This document shows positions 1 through 8,171 of a DNA stretch of 35,741 bases, one piece after another (position 1 is the stretch's first letter; every line of letters starts with the position of its first letter). A program made the translations under genes and the position numbers. This DNA comes from a virus. Lineage: Duplodnaviria; Caudoviricetes. The notes under the pieces were generated by a model. That model was not told where the DNA came from. It saw only the letters and a list, made by a program, of their open reading frames with translations, and made no database searches. Location: the IMG/VR virus record IMGVR_UViG_3300020044_003255, positions 1 through 35,741 of that record. One strand, written 5' to 3'.

Positions 1-121
1 CACTAACTGTTAGCATAATGCTACCAAACCTGTGGATAACTTTGCTTGTTGTCATTCTGCTATGTTGGCAATGTTGGCTATGTTGGCTATGGTTTAAAAT
101 CGCTGGCCAAACGTGACAGCG
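1..121. repeat. Left copy of perfect 121-bp terminal inverted repeat
   Basis: 1..121 is the exact reverse complement of 35621..35741; identity stops at ...GTGACAGCG. Confidence 0.97.
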
Positions 122-488
122 TTACAAGGTGCGGGGAGTGAACTTCGGATGGAAGTCGAGCAAGCCCGTCATGTGGGGCAACAAGCGTGCTGAGATGTGG
201 GGCGCGATGAAGGATTGGCTGCGAACGGCCAGCATCCCTAACGACCGGCAACTGAAAGCCGACCTAACCGGCCCGATGAAGAAACCCGACTCGTCGGGTA
301 CGATCTATCTGGAAGGTAAGAAAGAGATGAAGTCGCGTGGCCTCGCGTCACCGGACGCAGCCGACGCACTGGCAGTGACGTTTGCGTTCCCGGTGGCAAG
401 CCGTGAATCGGGGTACGAAAGGACAGCGCGGTCAACACCACGCATGTATCAACAAGCAACTGTAGCAACTGGATGGATGGGAAACTAA
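117..488 (+). CDS. terL: Terminase large subunit, C-terminal nuclease end only (5'-truncated)
   Basis: QRYKVRGVNFG...NKRAEMW...LEGKKEMKSRGLASPDAADALAVTFA is a typical TerL C-terminus; upstream of portal; in-frame TGA at 114-116 inside the repeat; ATPase domain absent. Confidence 0.88.
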   Translation, partial: QRYKVRGVNFGWKSSKPVMWGNKRAEMWGAMKDWLRTASIPNDRQLKADLTGPMKKPDSSGTIYLEGKKEMKSRGLASPDAADALAVTFAFPVASRESGYERTARSTPRMYQQATVATGWMGN

Positions 489-489
489 T

Positions 490-774
490 ATGGCAACCGC
501 ACCTGTAAAACCTGCAGCAACCGCAACACCTAATGCAGCGGCTTTGCGTCGTTACGTTGAGCGAAATAAAGACCGCGAAGCTATTTTTTCTAATCCAGAA
601 AAGCTAAAGCAGGCTTTTGCAGACGCAGTTGCCAAAGCATATCATCGCTCTCCTGGCGCGGGTTACATGGAAAATGGCGGCGCCGAAGCAAGACTGTATC
701 ATGAAGCGTTAGCAAACATATACAACATTTCTGACTATTCACCTCCAGGCTGGCGCGACCCTTACAAGGATTGA
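490..774 (+). CDS. Hypothetical protein (94 aa)
   Basis: ORF packed between terL stop and next gene; no recognisable motif. Confidence 0.6.
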   Translation: MATAPVKPAATATPNAAALRRYVERNKDREAIFSNPEKLKQAFADAVAKAYHRSPGAGYMENGGAEARLYHEALANIYNISDYSPPGWRDPYKD

Positions 775-779
775 CTAGA

Positions 780-1040
780 ATGGCAACGAAAAAAGGTGTG
801 TCGTTAAGCGTTGGCCGGGGCGAGAAGCTGCCGGCCTCCAAGGGCGCCGGCCTGACAGCCAAGGGGCGGGAGAAGTACAACCGCGAGACAGGCTCAAACT
901 TGAAAGCGCCGGCGCCCCACCCGAAGACGAAGGCTGATGAGGGTAGGAAAAAGTCGTTCTGCGCCAGAATGGGGGCCGTGGCAGCGAAAGCGAAAGACGG
1001 CGAACGCGCGAAAGCGTCACTTAAACGATGGAAGTGCTGA
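780..1040 (+). CDS. Small basic phage protein (DUF6321-like)
   Basis: GLTAKGREKYN...NLKAP...RKKSFCARM...SLKRWKC; ATG at 780. Confidence 0.75.
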   Translation: MATKKGVSLSVGRGEKLPASKGAGLTAKGREKYNRETGSNLKAPAPHPKTKADEGRKKSFCARMGAVAAKAKDGERAKASLKRWKC

Positions 1041-1042
1041 TT

Positions 1043-1198
1043 ATGGCGACTAAACCAGGGTTATACGCGAACATTCACGCTAAACGCGAGCGGATTAAGG
1101 CCGGATCAGGCGAAAAAATGCGCAAACCCGGCTCGCCTGGCGCGCCGACTAGCAAAGACTTCAAGCAATCGGCCAAAACGGCTAAAAAGGGGAAGTAA
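1043..1198 (+). CDS. 51-aa Lys-rich protein (not in ORF track)
   Basis: Manual translation MATKPGLYANIHAKRERIKAGSGEKMRKPGSPGAPTSKDFKQSAKTAKKGK; 2 nt after the previous stop. Confidence 0.8.
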   Translation: MATKPGLYANIHAKRERIKAGSGEKMRKPGSPGAPTSKDFKQSAKTAKKGK

Positions 1199-1199
1199 G

Positions 1200-1346
1200 A
1201 TGCCGCTCGTAAAGTCATCTAGCAAAGACGCCTTTCGGAAAAATGTAGCCGCTGAGGTAAAATCCGGAAAATCGGTAAAACAAAGTGTGGCCATCGCGTA
1301 TGCGACCAAGCGCGCAGCCGCCAAACCAGCGAAAAAGATGAAGTAA
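1200..1346 (+). CDS. 48-aa Lys-rich protein (not in ORF track)
   Basis: Manual translation MPLVKSSSKDAFRKNVAAEVKSGKSVKQSVAIAYATKRAAAKPAKKMK; stop abuts portal ATG. Confidence 0.8.
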   Translation: MPLVKSSSKDAFRKNVAAEVKSGKSVKQSVAIAYATKRAAAKPAKKMK

Positions 1347-3626
1347 ATGGACTATACCGGCATAAATAAGGCAGCAAAAGTCGCCGATATCGGTGGAAAT
1401 CCACCGCCGGACGACATCAAGAAAGACACGCAAGACGTGCTGTCGACCATGCGAAAGCGCCTGCAAATGGCGATTTCGGCGCTGTCTGAGAGCCGGGAAG
1501 ACGAACTAGACGACCTGCGCTTCTATGCAGGCTCGCCGGACAACCACTGGCAGTGGCCTGCTGACGTACTGGCCACCCGTGGTGCAGTGCAAGGACAGAC
1601 GATCAACGCCCGTCCGACACTGACGATCAACAAGCTGCCGCAACATGTCCGACAAGTCACAAACGACCAAAGACAAAACCGTCCGAGCGGCAAAGTTATA
1701 CCCGCTGACGACAACGCCGACCCAGAAGTCGCCGAAATCTACAACGGCATGGTCAGGCACATCGAATACATTTCGGATGCCGACGTTGCCTACGACACCG
1801 CCTGCGAGAACCAAGTAAGCTACGGCGAAGGTTACATCCGCATCCTGACCGAGTATTGCGACGACGACACGTTCGATCAGGACATCAAGATTTCACGGGT
1901 ACGCAACTCGTTTTCGGTCTACATGGACCCCACCATCCAAGACCCCTGCGGTGCTGATGCCAAGTGGTGCTTCATTACCGAAGACCTGCAGCGCGCTGAA
2001 TATGAGCGCATGTTCCCCAACGCAAGTCCTATCTCGACCTTGCAGGCGCAGGGTGTGGGCGACCAATCGATTTCGGTCTGGATCAACCAAGACACCGTGC
2101 GTATCGCCGAGTATTACTACGTCGAGTACGACAACGCGACGCTGAACCTGTACCCCGGCAACGTGACAGCTTTTGAAGGCTCGCCCGAAGCTCGTCAGAT
2201 GAAGCAGATGGGTGTCAAGCCCGTGCGTAAGCGTCAGGTACACGCCAAGCGGGTCAAGTGGTGCAAGACCAACGGCTACGAGATGTTGGAAGAGCAGGAT
2301 TGGATTGGCAAGTGGATCCCGGTCGTGCGCGTCATTGGTAACGAGTTTGAGGTCGACGGCAAGCTGTACGTGTCGGGTCTGGTGCGTAACGCTAAAGACG
2401 CCCAGCGCATGTACAACTACTGGACGAGCCAAGAGGCTGAAATGCTAGCCTTGGCACCCAAAGCGCCGTTCATTGGTTACGGTGGCCAGTTTGAAGGCTA
2501 CGAGATGCAGTGGAAGACGGCCAACACGCAGAACTGGCCGTATCTGGAGGTCAACCCGGATGTCACAGACGGCTCTGGGGCTGTCCTGCCGCTGCCACAA
2601 CGTGCTGCCCCACCGCTGCCGCAAACTGGTCTGATTCAGGCCAAGATGGGCGCTTCAGACGACATCAAGTCGACTACAGGGCAGTACGACACTAGCTTGG
2701 GAGCGACATCGAATGAGCGTTCGGGCAAGGCAATTATGGCGCGCGAGCGTCAGTCTGACACTGGCACTTATCATTACGTGGACAATCTGGCACGGGCTAT
2801 TAGGCACGTCACTCGCCAGATTGTTGACTTGATCCCGAAGATTTACGACACCCAGCGAGTTGCCCGCATCATTGGTGTGGATGGCGACACCGACATGGTC
2901 AAGCTTGACCCCACCCAGCCGATGCCGGTCAAGAAGATCGTGGATCAGAACAACATCGAGATCGACAAGATATACAACCCCGGCGTGGGTAAGTACGACG
3001 TCGTGGTGACCACCGGCCCGTCCTACATGACCAAGCGTCAGGAAGCGCTGGACGCGATGGGCATGATCCTGCAATCCAACCCGCAGCTCTGGCAAGTCGC
3101 CGGCGACCTGTTCATCAAGAACATGGATTGGCCAGGCGCCCAAGAGATGGCCGAGCGGTTTGCTCGCGTCATCGACCCGAAAGTGCTGGGCGATGGTTCG
3201 GACGACAGCCCCGAGATGCAGATGGCCAAGCAGCAGATCGAGGCGATGGGCCAAGAGCTGGATCAGCTCCAGCAGATGCTGCAAAACGTCGGCAAGTCGG
3301 TCGAAGTGCAGGACTTGGAGCGCAAGAACTTTGAAGCCGAGATCAAGGCGTATCAGGCCGAGACACAGCGACTGACTGCCATATCTGGCGCTATGAATCC
3401 CGAACAAGTGCAAGAAGTCGTCATGCAGACTCTGCGTGATGTGATGACCACAGGCGACTTGGTGATGCAGCAGCAGAGCCAGCAGCTGATGGGCGACATG
3501 GCTATGCCGCAGGAAATGCCGCAAGAAATGCAGCAAATGCCGCCTGAAATGGGTATGATCCCACCTGAATCGGCTGAAATGCCGCCAGAAATGATGAATA
3601 TGCCGCCTCAGGAGCCAATGGTATGA
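1347..3626 (+). CDS. P22-like portal protein
   Basis: 759 aa; RPTLTINKL, GLVRNAKDAQRMYNYW, ERSGKAI, GKYDVVVTTGPSY motifs; coiled-coil C-terminal barrel; follows terL. Confidence 0.92.
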   Translation: MDYTGINKAAKVADIGGNPPPDDIKKDTQDVLSTMRKRLQMAISALSESREDELDDLRFYAGSPDNHWQWPADVLATRGAVQGQTINARPTLTINKLPQHVRQVTNDQRQNRPSGKVIPADDNADPEVAEIYNGMVRHIEYISDADVAYDTACENQVSYGEGYIRILTEYCDDDTFDQDIKISRVRNSFSVYMDPTIQDPCGADAKWCFITEDLQRAEYERMFPNASPISTLQAQGVGDQSISVWINQDTVRIAEYYYVEYDNATLNLYPGNVTAFEGSPEARQMKQMGVKPVRKRQVHAKRVKWCKTNGYEMLEEQDWIGKWIPVVRVIGNEFEVDGKLYVSGLVRNAKDAQRMYNYWTSQEAEMLALAPKAPFIGYGGQFEGYEMQWKTANTQNWPYLEVNPDVTDGSGAVLPLPQRAAPPLPQTGLIQAKMGASDDIKSTTGQYDTSLGATSNERSGKAIMARERQSDTGTYHYVDNLARAIRHVTRQIVDLIPKIYDTQRVARIIGVDGDTDMVKLDPTQPMPVKKIVDQNNIEIDKIYNPGVGKYDVVVTTGPSYMTKRQEALDAMGMILQSNPQLWQVAGDLFIKNMDWPGAQEMAERFARVIDPKVLGDGSDDSPEMQMAKQQIEAMGQELDQLQQMLQNVGKSVEVQDLERKNFEAEIKAYQAETQRLTAISGAMNPEQVQEVVMQTLRDVMTTGDLVMQQQSQQLMGDMAMPQEMPQEMQQMPPEMGMIPPESAEMPPEMMNMPPQEPMV

Positions 3627-3985
3627 ACGCCGCAGACTTTGTAGGTACGCTGTTTTTGGGTCGCGATGTGGCTCATTCAGTGCATCTGAACACCCGCAGT
3701 TACGCCAAACACAAGGCGTTGCAGAAGTTTTACGACGGTATTGTTGATCTGGCAGACAAGTTTGCTGAAGCCTACCAAGGCAAGTATGGTCTGATTGGCC
3801 CCATTTCGTTGCAGTCTGCTAAAAAGCAGGGCAACATCGTTGAGTTTTTAGAAGGCCAGCTAGACGAGATACATTCCGTGCGCTACAAGGTCGTTGATAA
3901 GGAATGCACCGCAATCCACAACATTATTGATGAGATTGAAGCGCTGTACATGTCAACGCTCTATAAATTGAAGTTTCTTGCTTGA
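3623..3985 (+). CDS. Ferritin/Dps-like four-helix protein (DUF5856-like)
   Basis: AHSVHLNTRSYAKHKALQKFYD...DKFAEAYQGKYG...IHNIIDEI...TLYKLKFL; ATGA overlap with portal. Confidence 0.7.
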   Translation: MNAADFVGTLFLGRDVAHSVHLNTRSYAKHKALQKFYDGIVDLADKFAEAYQGKYGLIGPISLQSAKKQGNIVEFLEGQLDEIHSVRYKVVDKECTAIHNIIDEIEALYMSTLYKLKFLA

Positions 3986-3993
3986 GGTAAAAC

Positions 3994-4260
3994 ATGGCAA
4001 ATTACACCTACATCACGGCTTCGGCCAATATTAAACCTTCGGCGGGCAAGCTGAAGGGTATTTTTGTCAGCGCTGCCTCCAGCACACCGACAATTACTGT
4101 TTACGATTCGGAAGCAAAAACCACGACAAACACCATTTTGGGCGTGTTTACCCCAGCGGCTGCAACGTCGTATGTGCTGCCGCTAGACGGCGCGTATGCT
4201 AAAAGTGGCATTTATGTCGTAATTAGTGGTACAGTTTCCGCAACAATTATTTACGAGTAA
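3994..4260 (+). CDS. Hypothetical beta-rich virion-associated protein
   Basis: GAGG RBS, 88 aa, located in head module. Confidence 0.65.
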   Translation: MANYTYITASANIKPSAGKLKGIFVSAASSTPTITVYDSEAKTTTNTILGVFTPAAATSYVLPLDGAYAKSGIYVVISGTVSATIIYE

Positions 4261-4311
4261 GTCGAAATACCGCACAGGTGCGGAACACCTGGGATTCTTT
4301 AGGAATCGACA
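4261..4311 (+). promoter_or_regulatory. Structured leader of scaffold gene occluding its RBS
   Basis: CAGGTG/CACCTG (4275-4291), GATTC/GAATC (4293-4307) over AGGA, outer GTCGA/TCGAC. Confidence 0.5.
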
Positions 4312-5091
4312 ATGTCTGATGAAGTACAAAACGAGTTAGCGGAAGCACCCGCGCCAGAACAGGCACCGACGGCAGAGCCTGTAGCTGAAGAAACACATGC
4401 GCCGGAGAATGATGAGTCAAAGCCAGCTAAAGTCTTCACACAAGAAGAACTAGACGCTGCCATTGGCAAAAGGCTTGCAAGAGAACAGCGTAAGTGGGAA
4501 AGAGAACAGGCACGTCGAGCGCAAGAAGCGCCTGCCGCACCTGCCGAACTCCCGCCGGTCGAGAATTTTAATTCTGTTGATGAGTACGCCGACGCATTGG
4601 CCGTACGAAAAGCAGAAGAATTATTGGCCAAACGTGAAGCTGATCGTGAACGCATGAGTGTGATTGAAGCGTATCAAGATCGTGAAGAGGACGCGCGGAC
4701 TAAGTATGAGGACTTTGAACAAGTCGCATACAACCCCGCACTGCCGATCACGAACGCGATGGCTGAGACTATTCAATCGTCCGATATCGGCCCCGAACTA
4801 GCGTATTACTTGGGCTCACACCCAGGCGAAGCTAGCCGGATTTCACGCTTATCGCCTATTCTGCAGGCTAAAGAGATTGGCAAACTGGAAGCTAAAATTG
4901 CTTCAGAACCGGTCTTAAAGAAGACAACCAGCGCCCCACCACCGATAGCACCGATTAGCGGTCGTGGCTCTGGCTCACCGTCTTACGACACAACTGACCC
5001 ACGTTCTATCAAGAACATGACTGCGTCAGAGTGGATTGAGGCAGAGCGCCAGCGTCAAATCAAGAAGTGGGAAGCTCAACGTAATCGCTAA
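4312..5091 (+). CDS. Capsid scaffolding protein
   Basis: Acidic Ala/Pro/Glu N-terminus, FTQEELDAAIGKRLARE, GPELAYYLG, APPPIAPI; directly upstream of coat. Confidence 0.85.
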   Translation: MSDEVQNELAEAPAPEQAPTAEPVAEETHAPENDESKPAKVFTQEELDAAIGKRLAREQRKWEREQARRAQEAPAAPAELPPVENFNSVDEYADALAVRKAEELLAKREADRERMSVIEAYQDREEDARTKYEDFEQVAYNPALPITNAMAETIQSSDIGPELAYYLGSHPGEASRISRLSPILQAKEIGKLEAKIASEPVLKKTTSAPPPIAPISGRGSGSPSYDTTDPRSIKNMTASEWIEAERQRQIKKWEAQRNR

Positions 5092-5111
5092 CTTTTTTTA
5101 GGATATAAATC

Positions 5112-6326
5112 ATGGCAAACTCGATTCTTACCATCGACATGATTACTCGGAAAGCTCTCGAAATCCTCGAGAACAACCTGGTACTCACCCGTAACGTTAA
5201 CCGTCAGTACGACGACTCTTTCGCCGTTGAAGGCGCAAAAATTGGTTCCACACTGCGTATCCGTTTACCGGATCGCGCTCTGGTAACCGACGGTGCCGCC
5301 CTGCAAACTCAGGACGACAACGAACAGTTCACCACCCTGACTGTTGCTTCGCAGAAGCACATCGGTGTTAACTTTACCTCCGCTGAACTCACCATGCAGT
5401 TGGATGACTTCGCAGAGCGTGTTCTGAAGCCTCGTATTTCGCAGCTGGCCTCGTCGATCGATGCTGACGTTGCTAACGCATACAAGAGCGTTTACAACTC
5501 TGTTGGCACGCCTGGCACCACACCTTCGACTTCGCTCGTTCTGCTGCAAGCCCAGCAGAAGCTGAACGAAAACGCAGCTGTAATGTCGCCACGCTACGCA
5601 ACCGTTAACCCAGCTGCTAACGCTGGTCTGGTTGAAGGCATGAAAGGTCTGTTCAACCCAACCAACACCATCTCCAGCCAGTTCAAGAACGGCATGATGG
5701 GCACCGGTGTTCTGGGCTTTGAAGAAGTCAACATGTCTCAGTCGATCAAGCAGCACACCACCGGCACACGTTCTACCAGCGACACCATTCTGGTAAACGG
5801 CACTGTGTCGACTCAGGGTCAGTCGACCATCAGCATCGATGGCGGCACTGGTTCGGCAACCGTTACTGTTGGCGACGTCTTCACTATCGCCGGCGTGTAC
5901 GCTGTCAACCCACAGACTCGCGAGTCCACCGGTTCGCTGCAGCAGTTCACCGTGACCCAAGCTAACACCGCTTCCGGCGGCGCTTGGACAAACATCGCTA
6001 TTTCACCTGCTATGTACACATCTGATAACGCTCTGGCGACTATCAATGCGTTCCCACAAGACGGCGCAGCAGTGACTTTCTTGGGTGCAGCTTCGACTCA
6101 GTACGCTCAGAACCTCGTTTACCACAAGGATGCGATCACTTTCGCTACCGCCGACCTGTTGCTGCCACAAGGCGTCGACATGGCTTCGCGTCAAGTACAC
6201 AACGGCATTTCGCTGCGTGTTGTTCGTCAGTACGACATCAACAACGACCGTCTGCCTTGCCGTATTGACGTGCTGTACGGCTATAGCACGATCCGTCCTC
6301 AAATGGCTTGCCGCATGTGGGGTTAA
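5112..6326 (+). CDS. Major capsid protein (P22 coat family)
   Basis: MANSILTIDMITRKALEILENNL...KIGSTLRIRLP...CRIDVLYG; strong RBS; biased codon usage. Confidence 0.92.
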   Translation: MANSILTIDMITRKALEILENNLVLTRNVNRQYDDSFAVEGAKIGSTLRIRLPDRALVTDGAALQTQDDNEQFTTLTVASQKHIGVNFTSAELTMQLDDFAERVLKPRISQLASSIDADVANAYKSVYNSVGTPGTTPSTSLVLLQAQQKLNENAAVMSPRYATVNPAANAGLVEGMKGLFNPTNTISSQFKNGMMGTGVLGFEEVNMSQSIKQHTTGTRSTSDTILVNGTVSTQGQSTISIDGGTGSATVTVGDVFTIAGVYAVNPQTRESTGSLQQFTVTQANTASGGAWTNIAISPAMYTSDNALATINAFPQDGAAVTFLGAASTQYAQNLVYHKDAITFATADLLLPQGVDMASRQVHNGISLRVVRQYDINNDRLPCRIDVLYGYSTIRPQMACRMWG

Positions 6327-6330
6327 GTCT

Positions 6331-6354
6331 TGGTGGGGGCTTCGGCCCCCATTA
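6331..6354 (+). other. UUCG-capped hairpin, copy 1
   Basis: TGGTGGGGGC-TTCG-GCCCCCATTA after coat stop; no adjacent U-tract. Confidence 0.75.
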
Positions 6355-6379
6355 ACAACATTTTTTAAGGATACTTATC

Positions 6380-6778
6380 ATGGCAATTCCAAATGGCGCT
6401 GGTGGTTATCAACTTGGCGATGGCAATGTTTCTGAGGCAACGCTGACTGTTCAGGGCGCTCCTACCGCACTGACCGCAGCTGCAACAGCAACTGCTGCTC
6501 AACTCTCAAACGGCCTGTTTACTTTCAACGGCACTGCTGGCAATCTGACTCTGCCTACCGTTGCTGATCTGGAAGCAGGCATTCCAAACGCTGTCAAAGT
6601 CAATGCTGCGTTCGACTTCTACGTTATCAATATCGATGCCGGTACTGACGACGTGACCGTTGCAACAGCTACTGGCTGGACTCTGGTGGGTGCTATGGCT
6701 GTGACTGAAAACACTTCGGGTCACTTCCGCGCTCGCAAGACCGGCGACGGTACTTGGACGCTGTATCGCATTTCTTAA
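6380..6778 (+). CDS. Putative head decoration/accessory protein
   Basis: 132 aa Ala/Thr/Gly-rich; directly after coat; coat-like codon usage. Confidence 0.65.
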   Translation: MAIPNGAGGYQLGDGNVSEATLTVQGAPTALTAAATATAAQLSNGLFTFNGTAGNLTLPTVADLEAGIPNAVKVNAAFDFYVINIDAGTDDVTVATATGWTLVGAMAVTENTSGHFRARKTGDGTWTLYRIS

Positions 6779-6784
6779 TGCTAT

Positions 6785-6806
6785 GGGGGCTTCGGCCCCC
6801 GTTTTT
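6785..6806 (+). terminator. Intrinsic terminator (UUCG hairpin copy 2)
   Basis: GGGGGC-TTCG-GCCCCC followed by GTTTTT. Confidence 0.75.
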
Positions 6807-6818
6807 AAAGGATAGATC

Positions 6819-7223
6819 ATGCCTAATACCCAAGCAACAGGCGTGGCGTATGCAGACCCCGAATTTACGACTTGCTATGCAAGCCAAGAAATCGGCTATT
6901 CTGCTGCTGCGCAAGGTACTGTAACTCAAGCAACAGATAAGTCTACTGGCGTGACTTTAAACAAGTCTGCTGGTCGCATTACGATGAACAATGCAGCTTT
7001 GGCGGGTAATACGGCAGTGTCTTTTACACTGACTAACAATACGGTTTCCGCTAACGACACCATTATTGTAAACATATCGGGCGGCGGTACTGCTGCGGCT
7101 TACACAACGTACATCTCTAGCATGGCCGCAGGGTCTGCTGTAGTTACGTTGCGTAACATGACAGCTGGCTCGTTGTCGGAGGCAGTTATCATTAACTTTT
7201 CTATCCTCCATTGCTTAACCTAA
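6819..7223 (+). CDS. Putative virion accessory protein
   Basis: 134 aa; GTVTQATDKSTGVTLNKSAGRITMNNAAL; AAGGA RBS. Confidence 0.65.
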   Translation: MPNTQATGVAYADPEFTTCYASQEIGYSAAAQGTVTQATDKSTGVTLNKSAGRITMNNAALAGNTAVSFTLTNNTVSANDTIIVNISGGGTAAAYTTYISSMAAGSAVVTLRNMTAGSLSEAVIINFSILHCLT

Positions 7224-7225
7224 CT

Positions 7226-7247
7226 TGACGGGGCTTCGGCCCCGTTA
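7226..7247 (+). other. UUCG-capped hairpin, copy 3
   Basis: TGACGGGGC-TTCG-GCCCCGTTA. Confidence 0.7.
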
Positions 7248-7252
7248 CTCTT

Positions 7253-7447
7253 ATGCCTATATATTTACAACATCCAGTTCACGGCACCAAAGTCGCTACG
7301 ATGGAAATGGAAGCCGAATTTGATGAACAAAACGGCTGGCTTCGGTATAATCCCGACACGCCTTCAGAGCCTGAAGCGGCGGCACCAGCCAATGAACTGG
7401 AAGTTAAACGTCGTCGTGGCCGTCGCCCAACAGAGGCGGCAGCTTAA
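7253..7447 (+). CDS. Small hypothetical protein with basic KRRRGRRP tail
   Basis: 64-aa ORF filling the gap before the adaptor gene. Confidence 0.7.
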   Translation: MPIYLQHPVHGTKVATMEMEAEFDEQNGWLRYNPDTPSEPEAAAPANELEVKRRRGRRPTEAAA

Positions 7448-7457
7448 AGGAGTGTAA

Positions 7458-8168
7458 ATGGCAACCGCCTTCGACCAGATTAAAGCGGCGCTTCGGCTCA
7501 TAGGCCAACTGGCTGAAGGTGAAGAGCCCTCCCCGCAGGCAGCACAGGATGCTTTGAACGCCATGAATCAGATGATTGATTCGTGGAATACTGAGCGCCT
7601 AGCCGTCTTTTGCACGGAAGACCAAATATTTAATTGGCCGCCTGACGAGATCACTCGCACGCTTGGCCCCACCGGTAACTTTGTGGGCAACCGCCCCGTT
7701 TTGATTGACGACGCAACGTACTTCCGTGACGCTAGCACTAACGTCTCGTTTGGTATCAAGCTTATCAATCAACAGCAATACGACGGCATCGCGGTCAAAA
7801 CGGTCACCAGTACCTACCCGCAGGTCATGTTTGTGAACAACACGTTCCCAGACATCACCATGACGATCTATCCTAAACCAACACGCGTTTTGGAGTGGCA
7901 CTTTGTGTCGGTGCAGCAACTAGATAAGCCGGCTACTTTGAACACGGTGCTGTCGTTCCCGCCCGGCTATTTGCGTGCGTTTAAGTACAACTTGGCGATG
8001 GAAATTGCCAACGAGTTTGGTGTCGAGCCTATGCCGCAAGTGCAGCGTATCGCTATGACGTCCAAACGTAACTTGAAGCGCATCAACAATCCTGACGACG
8101 TGATGTCCATGCCATACTCGTTGGTGGCGACTCGTCAACGGTTTAACATCTACGCCGGTAACTATTAA
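7458..8168 (+). CDS. Head-to-tail adaptor (P22 gp4-like)
   Basis: IKAALRLIGQLAEGEEP...DALNAMNQMIDSW...YNLAMEIANEFG; position; AAGGAG RBS. Confidence 0.75.
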   Translation: MATAFDQIKAALRLIGQLAEGEEPSPQAAQDALNAMNQMIDSWNTERLAVFCTEDQIFNWPPDEITRTLGPTGNFVGNRPVLIDDATYFRDASTNVSFGIKLINQQQYDGIAVKTVTSTYPQVMFVNNTFPDITMTIYPKPTRVLEWHFVSVQQLDKPATLNTVLSFPPGYLRAFKYNLAMEIANEFGVEPMPQVQRIAMTSKRNLKRINNPDDVMSMPYSLVATRQRFNIYAGNY

Positions 8169-8171
8169 ACC

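Noticed and set aside
1-121. Transposon or protein-primed linear replicon termini
   Set aside because: No transposase, PolB or terminal protein gene; the repeat truncates terL
2655-3536. 293-aa antisense ORF and similar long shadow ORFs (e.g. 5265..5960, 1893..2432)
   Set aside because: Opposite well-supported genes; explained by codon bias; no motifs
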